From positions 32,001 through 96,000 of IMG/VR virus record IMGVR_UViG_3300034061_002572: a stretch of 64,000 nucleotides of DNA, one strand, 5' to 3'. Both the position numbers and the translations under genes were made by a program. The DNA comes from a virus. Under the pieces are notes generated by a model, which made no database searches, was not told where the DNA came from, and saw only the letters and a program-made list of their open reading frames with translations. Positions 58,937-64,000 of this stretch are shown here, piece after piece. Positions within the stretch are counted from its first letter, which is position 1. The number at the start of each line of letters is the position of its first letter.

Positions 58937-58988
58937 ATAAATAATTACACTATAATATACAAAAAAATTTTGATATAAGTATAATTAC

Positions 58989-59300
58989 TTAGTTTAAATC
59001 TATAACAACTTCATAACCTTGTTGCTCATAAGCTATCTTAGCATATTTATGAGCTGTCTCTAAAGATTGAACTTCACCTTCTTCAAGGTTAGATTTATAA
59101 TTTCCAATAGGAACATCAGTATAAAGTATTTTACCTTCTGCAAATGTCTCTGCATTAGCAAATGTTGCTACTTCACCTTCAATAGTGTTTCCTGGGAAAT
59201 CACCTAAGAATCTAATTCTACCATAAACCTCTGGTAATTCAATACCTGTCCCTGAGATTGTAATCTTTTTTTCTTCTGTTGCTTTAATTAAAATTGCCAT
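58989..59300 (-). CDS. Tail fibre-associated small protein
   Basis: Downstream of the fibre genes; acidic. Confidence 0.45.
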   Translation of the reverse strand: MAILIKATEEKKITISGTGIELPEVYGRIRFLGDFPGNTIEGEVATFANAETFAEGKILYTDVPIGNYKSNLEEGEVQSLETAHKYAKIAYEQQGYEVVIDLN

Positions 59301-59328
59301 TGTTTTATTTTTTTTGCTAAATTAATAA

Positions 59329-59574
59329 TTAATTTTCAAAAGGTAGTGGTTGAGTTGTTACTTCAAATTTTGTTGGATCTCCTAATACTACTTTTAAACT
59401 TTCATCAAAAGTAATGTAATAAAAAATAGGATTGTCTAAAGTTGCTATTTGATAATCTGTCCAATTTTGTGTTACATCATCAGGTGCAATTGGAATACCA
59501 TAATATGTATCACAAGTTTCTCTTGCATTAATAGCATCCTGTTCTGTAGTGTATTTGTATCCTGTTACTTCCAT
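59329..59574 (-). CDS. Tail fibre-associated small protein
   Basis: 81 aa acidic ORF in the fibre cassette. Confidence 0.5.
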   Translation of the reverse strand: MEVTGYKYTTEQDAINARETCDTYYGIPIAPDDVTQNWTDYQIATLDNPIFYYITFDESLKVVLGDPTKFEVTTQPLPFEN

Positions 59575-59579
59575 TGTAT

Positions 59580-59834
59580 TTAATTTTCAAAAAGTGGTGG
59601 TGTTGGTTTTGGTATATATTCAATCAATGGCAAATCTTTAACCCACATGAAATCAGGATTAACACATTGCTCCATTTCTTCAATTGATGTTATCCAATTG
59701 TCATTGACATCTTGTATAGAATTAAAATAAGAATCAGGTGCATACAATTGACCGAACATTTGGTCTTTTTGTACCTCTGTCAGTAAACCCACATAGGTTA
59801 ACTTTTGTTCTGTTGTTAAATCTGTTAGTTTCAT
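59580..59834 (-). CDS. Tail fibre-associated small protein
   Basis: 84 aa; overlaps the stop codon of the lectin-like gene. Confidence 0.5.
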   Translation of the reverse strand: MKLTDLTTEQKLTYVGLLTEVQKDQMFGQLYAPDSYFNSIQDVNDNWITSIEEMEQCVNPDFMWVKDLPLIEYIPKPTPPLFEN

Positions 59835-61417
59835 ATTTGTCTACCTAAAGTTGTTTGAAATGCTTGTACAGCTGTATAAAGATTACCGCTTTCAGTATTT
59901 GTCAATCCGTCTCCTATAAATGCAAAAGCTAATTGTTGTTTACAATAAAATGCAGCAGTTAAATTATCTCCTTGATTCCTTGCTCCAAAGAAAAAATTCT
60001 TTCCACTTTCTATACCTCCAGCAGTTGTTCTTGTTCCTAAACTAACTCCAGCTCTATATGCTTGCCAATCTGAAGAACTTCTTCTTGTCAACATTAGTAA
60101 TGATGTTGTAGGATTAGCCGTATAAGTTAAAGTGTTTCCAGCATCACCTGAAATAAAATTACCACCTGATATAAAATTTTGAATAAGTGTACTAAATCCA
60201 GCCCCTGAAAAAACACCATAAGCCTGAGTTCCCGTTGTATCATTTGTTCTTGAATAAATACCAAATGAATGTGAGTTGACACTAATGTCTGTAACGGTTT
60301 TACAAAAACTATCAGCCCAACAATCTAATCCATTAGGAGTTGCTCCATTACTTGTATGTAGCCATCCGCCACTAAAAAATAACCTGTATGCCACATCCAA
60401 GTCGCGTGGGTCTTTAAGATTGAATTTGTGAGTAGTAGCCGTACCACCCACAAAAGGATATAAAGCTTTCATTTTTGACCAAATACCATAACCTTTCAAG
60501 TCAACTACCAATGTATTAATAGCCGCTTGTTGTGTTGGGTCTGTTATTGCAGCCGCTGTTATGAATGCTTGAGCATCTGGGTCAAAAACGTATATTGAAT
60601 AAAATGTATTTATATTGCTTTCAATTCCTGTTCTATTTGTACTTTGATTGGAGTTATAGAATACAATTTCCTGTATGTGTCCATGGCAATAATCAGAAAT
60701 GTAACGCCCAATTCTATTTATTTCAAGTCTTAAAACAAGAGAAGTAAACGATGAAGCTATTGTATTATTATTTTTAAACATTGACATTGTTCCTGAATTA
60801 TTTAATCCAGTTAATAATAATTGTGCAGTTGTTGTATCTGTTGAAGAACTGGATTGAAATCCACTTGCATTTGCTTGTAAATAATAGATATTATTAAACC
60901 ATAATGTAAAAACATAAGGACTTCCAGCAGGTGTATCTGATGAACCTAAACTAATTAATCTTCTACTACTTGCATCACGTTTACCAACAAATGAATTATA
61001 ATTAGAAGTATTATAATTAATAGTTGTGGTTAAATTAAACGAATTTGTTGTACCGTTAAAAGATAAAGAGGGTTTAGAATTAATTTTATTAACTACTCCG
61101 CTTGTTACTATTTGAGGTTGAAAACCTGCTGTTGTTTGAACACCATTATTTGCATTACCGCTTTGATCATACCATGTTGTTACAAATCCATTTCCAGAAC
61201 CACAAAATGAAAGCAAAGCTGCTTCATCTAAAACATTATTTACAAATCCTATATCTTGAGTTGTATTATCACTTGAACGTCTTACTTGAATTGCTGCTCC
61301 TGTATAAGCTGTTCTTAGTTTTCTAAGTGAATAAGCAACCGATGCATTTGGGAATAAGTCCAAAAGTAAATTACCACTTATCTTTGGCATCATTGATATT
61401 AAACTATAGTAACTCAT
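59831..61417 (-). CDS. Two-domain concanavalin/LamG-like receptor-binding protein
   Basis: AYSLRKL...VRRSSDN...DIGF...VTTWYDQSGN (arabinofuranosidase-B-like beta sandwich); a second domain begins DPDAQAFI. Confidence 0.65.
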   Translation of the reverse strand: MSYYSLISMMPKISGNLLLDLFPNASVAYSLRKLRTAYTGAAIQVRRSSDNTTQDIGFVNNVLDEAALLSFCGSGNGFVTTWYDQSGNANNGVQTTAGFQPQIVTSGVVNKINSKPSLSFNGTTNSFNLTTTINYNTSNYNSFVGKRDASSRRLISLGSSDTPAGSPYVFTLWFNNIYYLQANASGFQSSSSTDTTTAQLLLTGLNNSGTMSMFKNNNTIASSFTSLVLRLEINRIGRYISDYCHGHIQEIVFYNSNQSTNRTGIESNINTFYSIYVFDPDAQAFITAAAITDPTQQAAINTLVVDLKGYGIWSKMKALYPFVGGTATTHKFNLKDPRDLDVAYRLFFSGGWLHTSNGATPNGLDCWADSFCKTVTDISVNSHSFGIYSRTNDTTGTQAYGVFSGAGFSTLIQNFISGGNFISGDAGNTLTYTANPTTSLLMLTRRSSSDWQAYRAGVSLGTRTTAGGIESGKNFFFGARNQGDNLTAAFYCKQQLAFAFIGDGLTNTESGNLYTAVQAFQTTLGRQI

Positions 61418-61418
61418 A

Positions 61419-62918
61419 TTATGCTTCTGTTGTTACACCAATTGCATCCCATCTACTATCATCAGAATTGTAAATCAATCCAACATAAGTAGTTTTACCT
61501 GCTGTTGTAGTAGTAGGTAAAGTCACTCCTATTGCTCTATATCCACCAGTTCCTGATGTCCAAGTAATAGTTTGTGCTGAACCATTATCTTTAATTCTTA
61601 TTACTAAGTCTTTTCCATCTATAGCTGTTCCTGTTGGAGCTGCTAATGTTAAAGCTGCTGCTTGAGCTGTAATTTTTACTAAATCATTAGCAAAAGTTGG
61701 AGTTACTGTTGCAGCAGAAGCAACTGATTGTACTGCTGGAGCTATTGTTGATGTAGCTAAAACCCCTAAGTTGGTAAGAGCATCTGCAATACCTTGCGGA
61801 GTTGTAACAGCTGTATTTTGATACAACTTAATAATAGAACCATTCTCTGTTCTAAAATGTGGTGCTGCATTATTAGTTGTTGCGTCTGCTGAATATTGTT
61901 GGAATGAATCCGTTATGTTTAAAGATGGAACATTAGGATGATTTCTAACAACAAGTGTATTTCCACCATTACCCATAAATGTATCAGTTCCATACGTTCC
62001 AGTTCCATTTGCAAATATATATGCTTGTTGCCCAAGTAAACCTAATGAACCATTAGCTCTGATAAGTGTTGAAGAATTATCACTATTAAAGTGAGTCATA
62101 AACACATCATCTGACCCAAAATTATTACCATTATTTCCTTTTTTACCTAAGTAAATTGAACGTGCCCCCGAATAAGTTGTGTTACCACCTGTATTTCCAA
62201 TAACAATTGTATCAGTTCCTGATGTTCTTGCTCTGTCTCCAATAGCAATCCCACCAACTGAATTTACTAGAGTACTAAAACCAATAGAAATACCAAATGA
62301 TGCTGATGCTCCAGCTGTTGCAATATTTCCAATTGCTGTGTTATAATAAGTTGCATTAGTAATTGAGGCTCCTTGGCCAAATGCAATAGAACCAATTGCA
62401 GTTGGTGAATATCTAATTATTGAATCAGTTGTTCCTGCAATATATATAATGTTTTGGTTGTTAGATTGAGCCTGTGGAATATACATTTCACCATTACCTC
62501 TAATACTAAATATATCAGCCGTATCAAGACTATTCTTAACTCTAAATGCTATGTCATTAGTTGTTCCACCTGGGGCTATTGTTCTAAGTGATACACCTGA
62601 ATTAGCACCTGCGCCTAACTGTAAGATATTAGTAGCGTTGTCAAAAGTAAATCTATCTGATTGTTGAACAACTCCTCCAGCTTGAAAGAATACTCTACTA
62701 TCTACTCCTGATGAAGTAGTAGAACCTACTGTTATTCCTCCTTCTGCACTAAATATTTCTTGGACAACTCCTGAACTATTTTTATAACGGATTAATCCAT
62801 CTGTAAGATCTTTAAAATAAGTAGAGTTTGGTACACTGCTCCAATCAGCTGATGAATCAGTTATATAAGTAAATGTTATACCATTACTATTTCTTACTGC
62901 ACTTTGAGTTACTGCCAT
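61419..62918 (-). CDS. Tail fibre protein
   Basis: G/T/A-rich; YadA-like AIG/SIG repeats; C-terminal DG...IRIKDNG...W...YN....WD domain. Confidence 0.7.
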   Translation of the reverse strand: MAVTQSAVRNSNGITFTYITDSSADWSSVPNSTYFKDLTDGLIRYKNSSGVVQEIFSAEGGITVGSTTSSGVDSRVFFQAGGVVQQSDRFTFDNATNILQLGAGANSGVSLRTIAPGGTTNDIAFRVKNSLDTADIFSIRGNGEMYIPQAQSNNQNIIYIAGTTDSIIRYSPTAIGSIAFGQGASITNATYYNTAIGNIATAGASASFGISIGFSTLVNSVGGIAIGDRARTSGTDTIVIGNTGGNTTYSGARSIYLGKKGNNGNNFGSDDVFMTHFNSDNSSTLIRANGSLGLLGQQAYIFANGTGTYGTDTFMGNGGNTLVVRNHPNVPSLNITDSFQQYSADATTNNAAPHFRTENGSIIKLYQNTAVTTPQGIADALTNLGVLATSTIAPAVQSVASAATVTPTFANDLVKITAQAAALTLAAPTGTAIDGKDLVIRIKDNGSAQTITWTSGTGGYRAIGVTLPTTTTAGKTTYVGLIYNSDDSRWDAIGVTTEA

Positions 62919-62935
62919 TTTTTTTAATTTATAAA

Positions 62936-64000
62936 TTATTCAATATCTACATCTTCTATAATTGTACCCAGTACAGATTGACTTAATGTATACATTGCAG
63001 GACAAAGCCCTGTTCCATTTAGATTTGTAGTGGCAGGAATAGTAAATACCAATCCAGCAGTGTCCATTTCTGTATAAAAATAAGTGTCTGTACCAGGAAT
63101 ATCTTGAGAAGCTGTTATATCTAATGTTGCTGAAGCATTTATTAATGTTACCATTCTTTGAGCTAATAAAGCAGTTGTATTATAAACGGCAGTATTAGAC
63201 TCTGTAAATGTTTCATTTCCACCAGTTCCGTCATTAAGGGTTATACTTGTAGAAGCAACTGCGGTTACATCCCATTTCATTTTTAGTTTTTTAGCAGCTA
63301 AAGTTCCTCCATTAGATATTAAATTGGTATTCATTCCTCCTGAATAAACTTTAAGTGCTAATCCTGCAGCAGTTGTTCTAATCGGAGTTACATTACTAAT
63401 ATTAGATATTAAAGTACCTCCATTAATAATTACCTTGCCTGAATTAAACTCAATTGGTGAAGCAAATAAAGATGTATAACTTGTTAAACCTAATGAAGCA
63501 GGAAAATTAACTCTGATTGTACCATTTAAAAATAAAGTACCTCCGTTAACTCTTATACCATAATATCTTGTTTGTGCATAACTAGCACCGCCATATTCAT
63601 AATCACCATTTATGATAAGTGTACCTCCTGTTAAGTCTGACGCAGCAGACATATCATCATTTGTCCAATTTCCATTTAAAGTTACAATTCCACCTGAAAT
63701 AGCAAAACCACTTGTCGGATCTTGGTTTTGCATTAATAAAGTTACTTTACCTCCAGATACAGTTATTAATGCTGATGTAGAATTATCTTGTGTTCCTGCA
63801 TAATTAGTATTTACTTCTCCATTTATAATATTTATTCTGCCAACTTGACCGCCATCTAAAAACATTCTTCCAGCTAAACTATAACAGTACCCGTTTAAAT
63901 TAATTTTGCCTGATGCTGCTACATAACTAGCATTTATGCCTGTAATATAAGAAGTTGTTAATGTTGCCATAGAATCTAAACCATTATAACTTAATCCGAA
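62936..64000 (-). CDS. Beta-helical tail fibre/spike protein (partial; frame open to the window end)
   Basis: Repeated GG.[VL].[LI]NG units; upstream codons FGLSYNGLDS are in frame with no stop. Confidence 0.6.
   Translation of the reverse strand, partial: FGLSYNGLDSMATLTTSYITGINASYVAASGKINLNGYCYSLAGRMFLDGGQVGRINIINGEVNTNYAGTQDNSTSALITVSGGKVTLLMQNQDPTSGFAISGGIVTLNGNWTNDDMSAASDLTGGTLIINGDYEYGGASYAQTRYYGIRVNGGTLFLNGTIRVNFPASLGLTSYTSLFASPIEFNSGKVIINGGTLISNISNVTPIRTTAAGLALKVYSGGMNTNLISNGGTLAAKKLKMKWDVTAVASTSITLNDGTGGNETFTESNTAVYNTTALLAQRMVTLINASATLDITASQDIPGTDTYFYTEMDTAGLVFTIPATTNLNGTGLCPAMYTLSQSVLGTIIEDVDIE

Noticed and set aside
430-63803. All plus-strand ORFs and short nested minus-strand ORFs in the track (e.g. 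430..774, 16280..16612, 19207..19533, 49569..49928)
   Set aside because: Antisense or out-of-frame shadows of long, tightly packed minus-strand genes; no recognisable motifs
1-64000. Stop-codon reassignment as in some crAss-like phages
   Set aside because: Long genes are intact in code 11, and TAA, TAG (29530, 57941) and TGA (31232, 55700) all end genes next to the following start
1-64000. CRISPR array, tRNAs, introns/inteins, DGR
   Set aside because: No repeat-spacer array, cloverleaf or reverse transcriptase seen by eye; TerL, portal and MCP are uninterrupted and of ordinary size

Overview
A 64 kb piece of a large, AT-rich crAss-like (Crassvirales-related) phage genome. A Bacteroidota host is inferred from the A-rich start regions that lack Shine-Dalgarno sites. 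Essentially all genes are on the minus strand in the standard genetic code. Reading in transcription direction (right to left): tail fibre/lectin genes; a lysis module (holin-like proteins, M15 endolysin); small regulators (wHTH, HU/IHF-like, Zn finger, PD-(D/E)xK nuclease); TerS, TerL, portal, scaffold-like protein and major capsid protein; a block of 10 tiny Lys-rich proteins; ring and Dps-like genes; a Cys-rich fibre/spike block; tail rings and muzzle; five large cargo/ejection proteins; and the N-terminal ~1930 aa of a zincin-fused virion RNA polymerase-like gene that the ORF track missed. Top hunt result: an intergenic, terminator-ended ~70 nt RNA (31854-31925) shows the loop GUUUGUUGGUUU, which is complementary to an AACCAACAA motif at the start codons of at least five phage genes. 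This is a candidate phage-encoded trans-acting sRNA regulon. Second: a recurring xxxGG motif shared by cargo proteins and the small basic proteins, a candidate packaging or cleavage tag. All family assignments come from motif recognition and synteny; no database search was run.
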